From: Trichodelitschia bisporula
Taxonomy: Eukaryota
Direction of reading: 5' to 3'
Length of the DNA: 64,000 bases
Assembly: GCA_010356995.1 (NCBI GenBank)
Contig: ML996710.1
Location: 92,455-156,454, forward strand
Shown here: piece after piece, positions 46,614 to 59,405 of the stretch
How the letters are laid out: the number at the start of each line of letters is the position of its first letter
How positions within the stretch are numbered: position 1 is the stretch's first letter
Program-made: the position numbers and the translations under genes
Notes under the pieces: generated by a model
The model's database searches: none
What the model was told of the DNA's origin: nothing
What the model saw: only the letters and a program-made list of their open reading frames with translations

Positions 46614-48662
46614 AGTGTTATCAGAGAAATCGCAGTGCTTAGCGGGAGTTGAGATGGAGGTCTCCGAAAGACTCATCATGGAGGAGCGATGGGCTGTCGC
46701 CGGTATATAAGTGGCTCGCAGTCGTGCAACCACAGTGTATAAAGGCCGGCGAAGGTGTGAATTGAGTGAAGGAGAAGGACTTGTTGTATTTGAGAGGATC
46801 CAGCTGGATGCGCGTCTTGACGCTGCGCCGGTTAGCAGGCGTGCGGCTGCATCATTGCGGGTAACTTACACATCGACTGGGGTGAGTGCGCCATGGGTGA
46901 CGGAGCAGAACGGCGGAGCAGAAGATTTGAGTTCGCAAGGCTGTACTCTGACCGTACCTTCTTGATGTACTCATCCGGATCTTCTGTCTTGTCTTCTCCG
47001 CGGAATTCGCTGCAAATGACCCGCCAGGTGGGCACTATATACTGCACACACTGCCCCCGGCCTCGGTCACAGTGTTTTCGGAATGGTTGCCAGCCTCGTC
47101 GTCCATGATCTGGTCCTCGGTAGTAGCCGCTTCGTGGCCTGGCAGGTTGGTCGAGGCGTTGTCAGGAAGCTGGTCAACGTATTGCGGCTTGACGACGGCC
47201 TTGAGGTTGTCCTCCAGGACTTTTGTGAAGTAGTCCGCAAATATATCAGTCTTGCTGAATCCACACTCCGTGATTGAGCCAGCCTCGAAGGATGCAAACG
47301 CGAAGACGAAGTCGGACATCGAGACCGTTGGCAGTACAGTTCCGCCTATTTCATTGAGTACCTCCGTCAGATTCTCGCACGATGCCAGGCGCCGCAGGCC
47401 GATTGTCAGGTGGCGTGAGCAGCGGAAGCAGCAGAGCAGTAGGACCACCTTCCAGAGGGATGTTTGGCCGCTCAAAACTCGTTCCAGCACGGAGACGCCC
47501 TGGCGAAACTCGGTTGGACGGACTCAAGTGCTGTATCCTGGACGACGGCGGCGGGCAGGTTACGCTGTCTCTTAGGGAGATTCGTCTGAGCGCCTTGGGA
47601 GTACGATGGAGTACGATGGAGTACGATGCTCGCGCGGAGGAATGTGATTGTGCTTTTTCACAATCGTCATCCTCCGGGGAGCGGTGCTGAATGCCCTTTT
47701 GTCAGCCGCGTCGATGCAGCACTGCTGTTCCTCATCGGACTCGGGGCTGAGTGCGGATGGCTTCCACATGTGCGTCCGGCCGTATATAGGTACCACGGGC
47801 TTGCGCGCGGTCTCTCGTCTCTGGCATGGAAGGTGAGGCTCGAATGCGCGGGTCCGACGATGTTCTCAGTGCGCAATGAAGGATGAGGGTGAGGATTCGA
47901 GTGGCTCAATTGCCGTGGAGGCTGATCACTCAATATATAGTCTTCCTCTGGGAAGGTATATACACTTTGCCCTTCGGAAAGTCCTCCACGCCCTTCTGCT
48001 TGACCCCAATGAAGTCCGACTTCCAGTTCCAAAGGCACACTCCTGCGTATGTTGCAACAGGAGGAATTTCGAAGAATTTGCATGTCTCTAGAAATGGAAC
48101 GGAAAGAGACTTCAGTGGCCCGATCGCCTGTGACGAACGTCTGAGCATCACCCGCCACACCAAGTTTGTTGAAAGCCATAAGTCCAAACACCGTTTCGTA
48201 GATTCCGAAACGCGTGGTGGAGTAGGCGTGTTGGCGAATGAGTGAGGCGGAGAGCTAAGTGGGTCAGTGGAGGGTTCATGCGTTTTAGGGGAAGGGGAGG
48301 GGAGGAGGGACGTACGCCGCACGAGATACACGTTATACCCGTTAGTGTCCCAGGCCTCGCTCTACCGGTGCAAAGGGCGGGCTGAAGTTGCCACCGTGTG
48401 TCAGGGGCCCACGGCAATCACTGTGACCAGAGTGTGGGTTTAACAAGCATTGATTTTACGGGGAAGAAGGTGGGTAGTATAGGAGCGGTGAATATATCTG
48501 GGGCTTGCTTAGCGAGGAGCCAAGCCTTCCCATGGGCGGGAACTTGTGCCAAGCCCCACCACCTCCTACCATCTCTGCTCCTTCAGGCTTACATCCATGA
48601 CACCGTGTCAGGTGACCGGATATAAGGGGGAAACGATGAAGACAGAAGAATGGCGCTTCATC

Positions 48663-49411
48663 AAGTTGGCCATCTTCTTGCTGTCTTCGGGCGAGAAGTG
48701 GTACTTCTCCCGCAGCACATCCTGTAGAGCTCACGGCCGCAGGCAGCTGATAAACAAGGGTAAGTATGAGAAAGAGCGTGGGTGGAAGGGCAGTGTGCAA
48801 GTTTGAGGAAACGGAAGTGGAACTTACTGGGTTGGAGATCCGCTTGATGTCACCGTAGATGGCGAATTGGTCCGCCGTAAGCGTGCCGGCCATGAAGAGA
48901 CGCGCGCCGATGTTGGCGTCCGGAGAGTACTGTGCCGCCGCCTTGGCGAGATCACGGACGACGGAGGCATTTGGGTTGAGCAGATCTCAAACGTTAGGAG
49001 GATCATTTGCAAGAGCACGCACACATACCAACGCGGGACAGGCCCGGCTTGCGAAGACGTCGGGACACCCTCGAACGCCGCCGCTTTTTCAAGGATCTCA
49101 TTGGTGAGCTCGGCCCATGTCTCAAAGGCAAGCTCCTCGCTGAGAACGAGCGTGTTTTCGCAGTCGAAGATGATTGTCGAAACCATCCGGGACTGCTATA
49201 GTGACGTTGGAGTCGTTGGCGGTCCCTGTGGAGGAGCAGTCGCCATCGCAGCAGTCGGAGACCATGGTCACAGAAGAGTGGCCGGGTCGGTTAGAATCTT
49301 GGACACGATGCGGGCGCCGTGGATCGGGGGGTTTGAGTAGAGCGGACGGACGTGGACCTTGATCTGCGAATCCACGTGCGCCTTCTCCTCGATGAAGTGA
49401 CGCACAGCGAA
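48663..49411 (-). pseudogene. Mosaic of gene fragments: aspartate aminotransferase (49280-49411), HAD hydrolase (49084-49186), malate dehydrogenase with introns (48822-49070), SRPK/Sky1 kinase (48663-48721)
   Basis: VDSQIKVHVRPLYSNPPIHGARI; IIFDCENTLVLSEELAFE; GVP..RKPGLSR/DLLNPNASVVRDLAKA..ISNP; DVLREKYHFSPED. Confidence 0.78.
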
Positions 49412-49652
49412 TGTATAATGAAAGATGATTTGATGGATGTTGAATGATGATGAAGAATGTTGGGCAGACTGACTGATGAAACAGAGAGCCGTGAAGGATA
49501 TACAGAAGATGGAACTCACGATGAAGTGATGGTGATGATGGATGAATGGAGTTGGGAGGAGAGGGAGAGGAAAGTTGGGAATTTAAAGTCCCGGGACTGC
49601 AGTGTGTGGGTCGGTTGCGTCATAGGACCGCCGGGAAAACCACACTCCGAAA

Positions 49653-49810
49653 GAAAGAGCAGCATGCGGAAGGAGCTGCCCTCAGAATGAGGAGTACACC
49701 GTGAAAGGGGCATGGGGAAAGAGCAGCATGCGGAAGGAGCTGCCCTCAGAATGAGGAGTACACCGTGAAAGGGGCATGGGGAAAGAGCAGTATGAGGAAG
49801 GAGCAGCTCG
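49653..49810. repeat. ~64-bp tandem duplication (about 2.4 copies)
   Basis: GAAAGAGCAGCATGCGGAAGGAGCTGCCCTCAGAATGAGGAGTACACCGTGAAAGGGGCATGGG repeated. Confidence 0.9.
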
Positions 49811-50794
49811 GAGAGAGCAGAGGAAGGAGCAACTCGCAGAGGGGGCAGCAGGCTGAGATACCGATAGGCCGAGAATTGAGCAGGCGGCTTGATTCCGGAT
49901 GCGGCTCAAAGCAGTGTGCGGTTTTGAGCAGCGAGCGGCTTCGAAGAGTAAGGAGCTTCGTGGAGTGAGGGGCGTTTGGCAGTGAGGGGCTTCGAGTAGT
50001 GTGCGGGATGAACAGTTCAGTGAGAAAACAGCATGCTGAGGGAGTATGAGTGACATGAATACCGAGAGAAATGCAGGAGAGATATGAAACGCTGAAATAA
50101 CTATGGAATGAAGTTCAACACTTTACGCGTTGGAGCGTAGAAGGATTTTCCGCCGGAGGCAGAGGGATCTCGTACTCACTCGCTGGCGTAATCGCGGGGA
50201 GAGCAGAGACTATCTTGAACGGGGACCATGGTAATGGACCACTAGCAACGCATTCAGTCCTGAAATCCGCCCGTTGCCGTGAATATTGTGGCCAGTAGCG
50301 TAGAATGAATTCCTAGAAATTAAAATGAGTGCAACCAGTGTCAGCGTTGTCAACAGGCCGGCAAATCCTTTTGGACTCTGTCAATGTGCATCTAGCTTCC
50401 GGGCGAGTTCTTTGTCTCTCCTTTATCATCAAGAATTAACTGAGTCATGTTCTTGTTCATTTTGCTCCGCGTGATTACTTCACCAAAGGCCGCAGTCTCT
50501 GCGCGGTGGTGGGCGTGAGAGCGGAAAAACCGGCGGAGTGATATGTCTGGCCGGTGTGGCGAAATTCACCAGCGTGGTGGGCCAAACGGAGAACGATGGG
50601 GAACAACCCATGGACCAACGGAACGAAGACAAAGGAAACAGGATAGAAGAAAAAAGAAGGTGGGAATTGCGTTTATTCGGAGCCGTTTTTACACAGTTCA
50701 ACCTACCGTATTCTCGCCGCATCAGATTTGGGCGGTGAGAAGTCGGGCACATGCGGCGGTGACGTCGGGGAAGGACGCTGATTGTCTGGCGGTA

Positions 50795-51495
50795 TGGCCG
50801 GTCTTGTATTCCTGCCCGTAACCCGCTTGCTCTGTCCAAGTCCAAGGGAGGACGTTGATGTTCTTGCACTGGGCGGATGGGGTAGAGGGCTAGGACGTAG
50901 GAGTATGCCATCGTGGGGCAATGCATATTTGAGGTGTGGTGTCGGGGCGTGCGGGGTACAAGTACTTGCGCGGCGGGGGCAGGCGGCAAGGCGGAGGCGA
51001 AGAGCGAGTCAGAGTCAACGAGCGGATGAGCGGATGAGCCGGTCTCGTGTTCCTGTCTATAACCCGATCACTCCGTCCCAACCCAAGGGAGGATGTGGAT
51101 CCTTTGGACTGGGCGGATGGGGTTGAGGAGCTAGGACGTGGGAGTATGCCATCGTGTGGGAGTGCATATGCGGGGTGTGGTATCGGGGCGTGAGGACTAT
51201 AAGTACTTGCGCGGCGGAGGCGGGCAGGGCGAGGCGAAGGCAACGAGCCGGTGAGCCGGTCTCATGTTCCTATCTATAACCCGATCACTCCGTCCCAGCC
51301 CAAGTGGGGATGTGGATGCTTTAGACTGGGCGGATGGGGTTGAGGAGCTAGGCCGTGGGAGTATGCCTTCGTGTGGCAGTGCATATGCGGGATGTGGTAT
51401 TGGGGCGTGCGGTGTGCAAGTACTTGCCCGGCGGGGGCGGGCAGGGCGATGCGGAGGCGACGAGCGAGCCAGAGGCAACGCGTGGATGAGCCGGA
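50795..51495. repeat. Degenerate tandem repeat, ~215-240-bp period, 3 copies
   Basis: GCCGGTCT..TTCCT..TAACCCG..ACTGGGCGGATGGGGT..GAGTATGCC.TCGTG..AAGTACTTGC blocks recur. Confidence 0.85.
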
Positions 51496-54029
51496 GCTCA
51501 GTTCTAGGGATTAAAACTGTGCTATGCACTTCCAAATGTGAGGCAAGTGACAGTGCAATTAGAAAATCGCGTTAGAACTCTGAAGCTCATAACGCCGAGC
51601 CTTGCATGAGGGCCTACGCATACCCGTATGTTAGAACCACACCAAAAATTGAATTCCCGTGATGCTGAGATGCTGCACATGACGTTGATTAACCATGCTC
51701 AGCGCCCCAATCGTTCTGCACTAACGAGAGCGAACGCCTTGAAGAGAACGAAAGGGAACTCCAAACCAAAATAACTAACGAGCTGGTGACGTAGTTGCGT
51801 TTCATCCAGAGCAGCTTGACTGCCCGCACTTCATGGCATCAAAACCCCCCGCCCCCACAAGGCTAACCCCACCAACAATCCCCGCACCCATCCCCCACTG
51901 CAGAGCCGCATCCTGCTCAGCTATCCGGCATTCGCCCAACCCGGCGATCGGCAGCCAGCAAGTGGCGAGCAGCAGCAGATAAAGCTGGGCATCGACGCAT
52001 GTCGCGATAGTGGGGCGCCGTGAGTGGTCAAGCACTGCCCGGGATGCCTCGCGTCGGCCCGGATTGGTTAGTGCGGTTTCCCAATGCGGTTACGTGCGGG
52101 TCACGTGCAGGGGTAGGCAGCCTGATGAGTGGATTTGTGAGCGGGCAGCCTGATGCGGTGGGCGGGCTGAAGTTGATTAAAGGTGGGGGGGGGGACGGGG
52201 GGATTGCGTTGAGGCTCTTTGAGTTGTTTTGCTGCTTTTTGGACGAGGGGTTGCTGCGGTTTTTTTGCGGTATGTTGGCTTTGAGGCTCGTTGCGGGTCT
52301 TTGGCGCGGCAAGATGACTTCGGGGATTTTGTGACTTCGATGTCAATAAAAGCTTTACCATAGCCATGGATGAGGACGCACCGAAGGCTTGGACAGCTTA
52401 TGGGCCACGGCCCCGGTGATGCGGCTCAGACGATGCGGCTGAAACGACATGGCTCCGGTCAGACTGCACCTTCCCGCACGGCACCAAGGGTGAGATTCCA
52501 AAGTCCTGGGACTATCGACAATAAAGCTCTGGCTCGCTTTGTTTGCTGCGGCTAAATGCTTCGGGCCGTGGGACTGCGTGGTTTGTCGATTTCGCCTGCG
52601 CGGCCGTGGCACTTCGACGATCCGGGCGCTTGAGACGGACTCGGATGTACGGTATGGCACTATACTTCCTATACAGCGCTAACTTACGTTTCTCGTAGTA
52701 CCGGCAGCAGGTTCAAACGGCTCATTCAACGCCGCGGTCGCATTTGTACACACCGCCACAGGGCCATCGTCAGTCAAATCGGATACACCCGCGCCGGCCC
52801 CGCACAGAGGCAGCGAGTTGTTGAGTCGGGTGGCATTGAGGCTCCACTGCTTCATGTCCCCTTCAAGACTCATTGCTCTTCTTTCCTCCTTCGATGGCTC
52901 TCGGACTAGCAGGATCGCGGATACCGGCCGTCCACGCTGCGTGCGTAGGCCCTGCTCAGCCCGCCACCTTCCAAAAGCTCCAAAGGTTCGGCCGTACGCT
53001 CCTACACGGCACTCGCTTACGAGCATACAGTGGCAATGCCACTCACACGACGGCCGTGCAACAGCGGACATCGCATTTGTACTTACCGATGCGGAGTCGC
53101 CATCAATACCATCTCCCGTACACGCGCCCGCCGGCCCGAATTCCACAACAGCGACGGGATTTTGAGGTAGCTGACGCTGAGTCTTCGCCGTGTTCCTCTG
53201 CTGCATGTTGCTGCAAAGCGCATTGGTGTTCATGGCTTGCGGCGAGATGCTCGGTGCTGTGACTACCATACTGGTTGGCGGTTTACGGTGGACTGGACGC
53301 GGCACTCTGGCGTGTTGGACGGCTTGTGAAGGACATACTCCGGAACTGCGCGCCTGCACTGCGGCGCGATCACGGCCCCTCGCTTTTGGCGTGGCTGGTT
53401 TGGGAGCTGGTTTCCTTCTTATGGTCTTCGCCAGCTTCGATGCCCGTTCCTCTTCTCTATAGTGGCGAGAGAACAGCGGGTGTCGAGACTGCCGGTCGGT
53501 CAGTTTACTCTACGCGAACAGCCATTGCACTCGCTGCATCTACTTGCTCCGGCTCCGACACCGACTCTGCACACCTACACGGTACGAAATCGCGGCTCTT
53601 AGGTCCCGGTTTGATTGGCGTGGAGGCTTGGTCTGCTTCTTCTCCTCTGTTTTGGCTTAGGGGCTCATTTCTCTTTCTTTGGCGCCTCCTGGCTTTGAGG
53701 CCCGTTGCGCATCCCAGGTTACGTACTTTTTTCAACCTCCGACGCTCTTCTTTTACTGTACGTCGAGAGCTGCAAAGATGGTGGCACTGCGACGTCATCC
53801 CGGTTACTCCGCGCGGACTGTGCCACTGAATTGCGCTGGCTTGGACCCTCTGAGAACGTCAGCTCTGACGCCATGTCGCCATCACACTACACAACGCCGA
53901 GATCACGTCGCTGGTGTCCGGAACAGTGCGATTAGAGGCTCTCTTGCTCTTTTTATTACCTCTCAAGATGCCTACGGAGTTGTTGGACTGAGGCTGATGG
54001 CGTTTTGTTTGCTTCATGTGAGAAGGCTC

Positions 54030-54200
54030 TGGCGACTAAGCAAGGCTGTGACAACTGATCAAGGCTTCAGCGACTAAGCAAGGCTATGACGACAAAGCAA
54101 GGCTCGACGACTAAGCAAGGCTTCGTGTGAGAAGCCTCCGGCCATTAAGCAAGGCTTCGGCCACAACAACATAAGTAACGCCTCAGCGACTAAGCAAAGT
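54030..54200. repeat. Array of GACTAAGCAAGGCT-like units (reverse complement of the 29820-30130 family)
   Basis: About 7 units visible. Confidence 0.8.
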
Positions 54201-55029
54201 TGACACGGTTAAGAGGGGCCCTCCAACGGCCCAGCGGCGAACGACCAGCCCCGACGCGGCGTCTCCAGCTCCCGAAGGCGACGAGACTACGACTCATATC
54301 CCCTGCGCTCGCCGTCTTCGAAGATCAGTTTCTCCACGTTTCCTGATTCTCGAAATCGCTGAAGGTGGGCCGGACTACGAGACATAAGCCGGCGATGGAT
54401 GAGGGCATATGGGGGCTTGCGCTTATTGCGGCTTGGACGCGTCGCTCACGGCGGGTTCAATACCACAATACCAAGTTCTTGCTGGGCGACGCAATCATAG
54501 CTTTTGGCTTACGGACGCTCCGTTGTCTCGTCGTGTTGCGTGTTGGTATAATTCTCGTGGCGGGAGGCTGACGCGGCTCAGATGGGCCACCCTGTCCGGC
54601 CAGTAGCTTGTGACGCACTCCGAATCGGCGACTCCAGCTCCCGAGCAGCGGTGGGATTACGACTATGAAGGCCCTGGGTCCGCACTCTTCGAACTCTGCT
54701 TCTTCCCTCTTCCTACTATTGAAAGGTGATGCGCGATCAACAGAAACGTCACTGCATCACAAGTTGGACCGAAGGTCTGTCCATGAACAAGTTGCTTGAT
54801 TGTCAGAGGTGGGGATCCCGAGTCTACTTATACTCGAGCCCTGTGGCTGGAACTGGGTAAGGCTGAATACAGCCACCGCATTCCAACACCTACCTTTCGA
54901 AATAGTAGTGCATTGTTCAGACTGCCAGATATCAGCTCACTGTTCACAACAGTCTACACAGCATCGCAATACTCACAGCTTATACGTCGTACTCACTACA
55001 CATTCAAACCATCATCACCACACTCTCTC

Positions 55030-55488
55030 ATGGCGCTAAATCTCAGCTCTTCGGCCCCGGATGAGATGGCTGAGAAAATCATGTACCCTTTTCTATTCAT
55101 AATGGCTTCAATCGTCGCCGTGATTATTTTGCGGGGTGCCAGACATCTGCCAGGCCCTAAAAAAGACTTAGCTTGGTTGATGTATGTTGTGGCCGCTGAG
55201 TTTCTCATCCTGGGTTTTATACCTCTGGCGTTGTCTCCTTATTTGTCCCTGCTTGCTCGTTGTGCTGCTGCTTGCTGTTTTCCACTGTTTGTTGCCTTGG
55301 AGTTTCGTTTCTGCATCCTCCCTGGATCGAGAGCGCTGCAGATGATGAATGAGCGAAATGTAGCGGGTTTTCTTCACCCGGAGGCCGCACCCCAACTCCG
55401 ACGCCGCGATGACATACGCAGATTTCGACGCCGGCACCGGCCCAAGGCGAGGGTGTTTATGCCATGGATGCGAAATGAGCCTCGATGA
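55030..55488 (+). CDS. Hypothetical small membrane protein (2-3 TM helices)
   Basis: 152-aa ORF with hydrophobic segments; no family recognised. Confidence 0.35.
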   Translation: MALNLSSSAPDEMAEKIMYPFLFIMASIVAVIILRGARHLPGPKKDLAWLMYVVAAEFLILGFIPLALSPYLSLLARCAAACCFPLFVALEFRFCILPGSRALQMMNERNVAGFLHPEAAPQLRRRDDIRRFRRRHRPKARVFMPWMRNEPR

Positions 55489-55765
55489 CGATTAAGAGTC
55501 AAGGAAGCGCGGTGGAGCCACAACCCGGACAATGCCGGAACTGCCGAGCAGCGATCTCGGTATCAAGTTAAAGCACCACTCAGCCTGAGTACGTGTGCCG
55601 GGCTCCGACCCGGGACTGCGCTGCATGGCCGGGCTCACGGTTTAGTTACGGAATCGGCATACGGTTCGTACAGAGTCGTCGCATTCATACGTACGTAGAC
55701 TCATCATCAGCTTCGTCCAGACCCGGCATGTACACGCCAGCCCAAACGCCTTCCCCCCCAGGCCG

Positions 55766-57543
55766 CTATCCACAAACCCTCGTCAAGCGCATCATGTTCC
55801 TTAACGCATCCTTCATCCTCCTCTGAACCGTCTTCCTCTCCATCGGTTTCTCAACCGTCGCCACACTCTCACTCTTCTCACTCTCCGTCACCTCCATAAC
55901 AACAACCGCCTCCCCCTCCGTCTTCGGCCGCTCATTCTTCGCCTCCTCTCGTAACACCCTCCGCAACACCTTGCCAGTCGGATTCTTCGGAATGCAATCC
56001 ACAAACACAACCTCTTCAGGCACCTTATACCTCGCAAGCCTCTCCCCCGTCCACTGCCGCACTTCCTCCGCACTCACCCCCCCTCCCCCCGCAGCCCGGA
56101 CTACATACGCCCGCGGCACCTCCCCGCTCCCATCCCCCAACTCCACACCCACGACAGCAGCATCCGCGACCCCGGGATGCGCAAGAATCACACCCTCAAC
56201 CTCAGCCGGGGAAACCTGCCACGCGCGCACCTTCAGCAAATCCTTCGCGCGATCGACCACCCACACCTTCCCCCCCTCCTCGCGGCCTACATCCCCAGTC
56301 CGCAACCACCCATCCCCCCACGCCGCCGCGCTCGCTTCCTCGTTGCGTAAATAGCCCAGCATGAGCGCTGGCCCGCGCACCAGCAGTTCGCCATCGCTGG
56401 CGACGCGGACGGTGTACCCGGGGAGAACGCACCCGACGCTGTCGTCCGGGGTATCGGCCAGGCGGCCGGCAGTTACCCACCCGGCCTCTGTCATGCCCCA
56501 TACGGGCTGGATGGCGGCATTCGGGTGCAGCGCGCGGAGCAAGGGTTCGCGATTCGGACGCGCAAGCTGCGCGCCGCCGAACCAGACTTGGCGGAGGGAG
56601 CGCAGGGTGCCAGACGTGGCCGCTGTATTTGCACCCAGCGCTACGATGGTAGGGGGCGCGAGGTATGTCTCCGTAATGCCGTGGGTGGACACCGTGGCTA
56701 TGAAGGACGGGATATCGAGGCGGGGCGCGATGTATGTCGGTATGCGGGACCGGATGGAAGAGGGCACGATGGGTGTTGAGAAGACGTGAAACGGTGGAAG
56801 CGCGGTCAGGCGAATTGGTGTGTAGGGCAGGGTTGCGGCGGAGGAGGACAAGAAGGAGGCTTGCGAGACGTGGTAGCTGTGCGGCAGGATGGCGGCTTTG
56901 GGCAGCCCCGACGTACCGCTTGTGCTGGCGTAGTGGGCCGGTGCGGTCGCGGGGTCGGCGGGGATGATCCACGACCTCTCGTTGGGGGCGAGGAGGGATG
57001 TCCATGATTGCACGCCCGGGGTTGTGGAGCTGGGTGCGAGATCGAATTGGTACACGGCGGACGGGGGGAGACCGCATTGCGCGGCGGCGGCGAGGGTGCT
57101 GGGCAGCAGGGCGGGCGCGGCGATTATGAGTTTGGGTTGCGTGAGCGCGATATGGTGCGCTAGTTCGGCGGGCTTGTACGCGGGGTTGACGCCTGTGAAG
57201 ATGCCGCCGCAGCCCATGATGCCGAAGTACAGCACGCTGTAGAAGACCTGTTGGCGCTTGTTAGTGGGAAGAGTGGGGGCGGAGGTGGAGAGGGGACGCA
57301 CATCGTTGAAGGCGTTGACGAGGACGCAGTCGCCTGGGCCGATGCCTGTGTCTTGCAGACCGGCGATGAGGCGGCGGACTTGCGAGCGGAGTTGCGCGGT
57401 GGAGAGACTACGGGTTGGGTCCGCTGCGTCGATGAGGATCTGGCATCGTCAGTACGCTTCCGCGGCGACAAAGAACAATGGAGACCTACGGGCTTGTCCG
57501 CCTGGACATCCGGATCGGCAAACGTCCAACTGAGCAAATCCAT
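55766..57543 (-). CDS. 4-coumarate-CoA-ligase-like adenylate-forming enzyme (AfeA-like), 3 exons: 57543-57490, 57439-57302, 57247-55766 (~557 aa)
   Basis: GT..AG introns with CTGAC/CTAAC branch sites that keep frame; STSGTSGLPK, WGMTE, LRTGD, DRAKDLLK, IPKNPTGK ANL motifs. Confidence 0.92.
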
Positions 57544-57947
57544 AGCTGCGTGGTCGACGATCGCAAACCAGGGAGCGGAGCGCGGGGGCGTAGTTTAAGA
57601 AAAACAGCCAGACACACAATGACCTGAGAAAGAGAGAGGACCGCGGCTGGCGTCCGCGCTTGCGCAGCACTGTTTGCTCAAGCGTCTTGTCCTGCAGGTG
57701 CGGGGGCGTTCTGCACCTCCCCTCCGGTCTCTCCCCACCTCGATCACCAGCGCAGCACCTTTTACCGCATTCGGACGCCCGGTTTTACGGCGAATGGCAA
57801 GGCGACGGGCAGCGCGTGTTGGCGCGAGGAATCCCGATGACCTGAATCGAGGGAAAGAGACGCGCGGATCGGCGCGCGATAATAGAGTGCCGGATTGGGG
57901 AGGGCGCGTGTGAGAGGCCTGGTTACGTGAGAGCTGGGCTCCGCTGA

Positions 57948-58027
57948 GCGTATGTCAGAGCCAGGCGTGCGTATGTGAGAGCCAGGCGTGCGTATGTGAG
58001 AGCCAGGCGTGCGTATGTGAGCCAGGC
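57948..58027. repeat. 21-bp minisatellite GCGTATGTGAGAGCCAGGCGT, ~4 copies
   Basis: Direct observation in the divergent intergenic region. Confidence 0.9.
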
Positions 58028-58152
58028 CCCGCGTTCCATACAGTACGGTAGGGATGTCACTCTGCGCGCGGGTTATGTTTTGCCTTTTCCCCGCCGCCGT
58101 TCCGTCTCACTGAGCTCAAGGCACTGACGCGCTGATCGCGCGCCGATCCGGC

Positions 58153-58153
<1 letters not shown>

Positions 58154-58193
<40 letters not shown>
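58154..58193. repeat. (GAC)n microsatellite, ~13 units
   Basis: Direct observation. Confidence 0.95.
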
Positions 58194-59405
58194 AGGTCTC
58201 CGGAACTCTGGCCGCGGGCAGGATGACAGTGCGACGTCGCCGGCGGCCTCCCAGCCTCGTCTCATCGCGGCCGCACTATCACCTTCTTCGCTCCCACGAA
58301 GGATACGAAGCCGTCCCAACGTGGCGCCAACGCACCAATAATCCCACCGTCCTTCTTCCCGGCCGTTAATCTGGGGGACGGCCCGATTCAGAACTCTACG
58401 TGCGGCGATTGGACGGTGAGCGCCCGTGGCGTTCGGCGTGACTTGCCCGCGATCTTTTTGCAGATTCTGCTGCATCGCGGAGTTCGTCGCCTGCCTGTTT
58501 GGGCCGGCGAGAGTCGTGAGAAACAGGCGATCAAGAGCGCAGCATCGGCTTGTGAAAGGCGCTGGGTAATGATGCGGCCGTCCTCTTCGAGCGGCGCGCG
58601 TCTGGAGCGGCTGTCATGCTGCGGCGCAACGCTGATCGCCGCCGGGGAGGGGGGCGCGTCTCAACGGCCGCGATCACCACGGGGAAGGCCGGAGGATCAA
58701 GCAGGTCGAAACTGCTCTCTCCTCCAAATCCTACGCAGACTGTACCACCATCCCGCCGCAGCAGCGCTGAACCGCGATACTCGCACTCACCCCACGCCCG
58801 GCCGCGCGCTTGCCAGCCCCCCCCCCGCCACGGAACAAGAAAACCGCCCCCCCGCGCATCATCCCCAAACAGGCCTAAAGGGGCCAAAACCCATCTGCGG
58901 CAGCGCTGCCGCGCACCCCGGCGCAGAAGGTTCGAAAACACTCAACGCTTCGCTGTGGGCGCCGGGGCGCTCAACCCCAGCCCCCGCGCCTTCGAGGCCG
59001 GGCCTGGTCGGCCTCACTCCACCACCACGCGCGGGCCTATCGCGGCCTTCAGAACCGGCGCGCCCTCTAATCCCGCAGGAACAGGTACACCGGGACGCTA
59101 ATTCGCGGTCGAGGAACGCGGCCTCTGGTTGGCGGCCACCTGCCGCCTTCGCGCAGCGGCCGACGCGACTAATTCGGTTTACGCTGCGCCGGCCGCCGCG
59201 CATGCAACGCTATGCGAGGCTGCTGCGAGGCTGCTGCGCGACGGCGCACGGCTCGGCTGGGATGCGCAAGGCCGGGTTTTGACCGCTTGGGCGTCCGTGG
59301 TGCGGGGCGCGAAGGGTGGACTTGGGGTGGGGTGAGTCGAGGCGGGAGGTTTTAATCCTCTGGCTCGCATGTGGTGCGAATTGCTGGGTTGGAATTTTCG
59401 TCACA

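Noticed and set aside
45500..48250. Intact gene in the 45.5-48.2 kb region
   Set aside because: Only broken frames with internal repeats (45935-46000 similar to 47080-47150) and a solo-LTR insertion; no family recognised.
58116..59400. Long ORFs in the afeA-like/tmpA-like intergenic region and antisense ORFs over real genes
   Set aside because: GC-rich shadow frames with Arg/Pro/Ala-biased translations and no recognisable domains.
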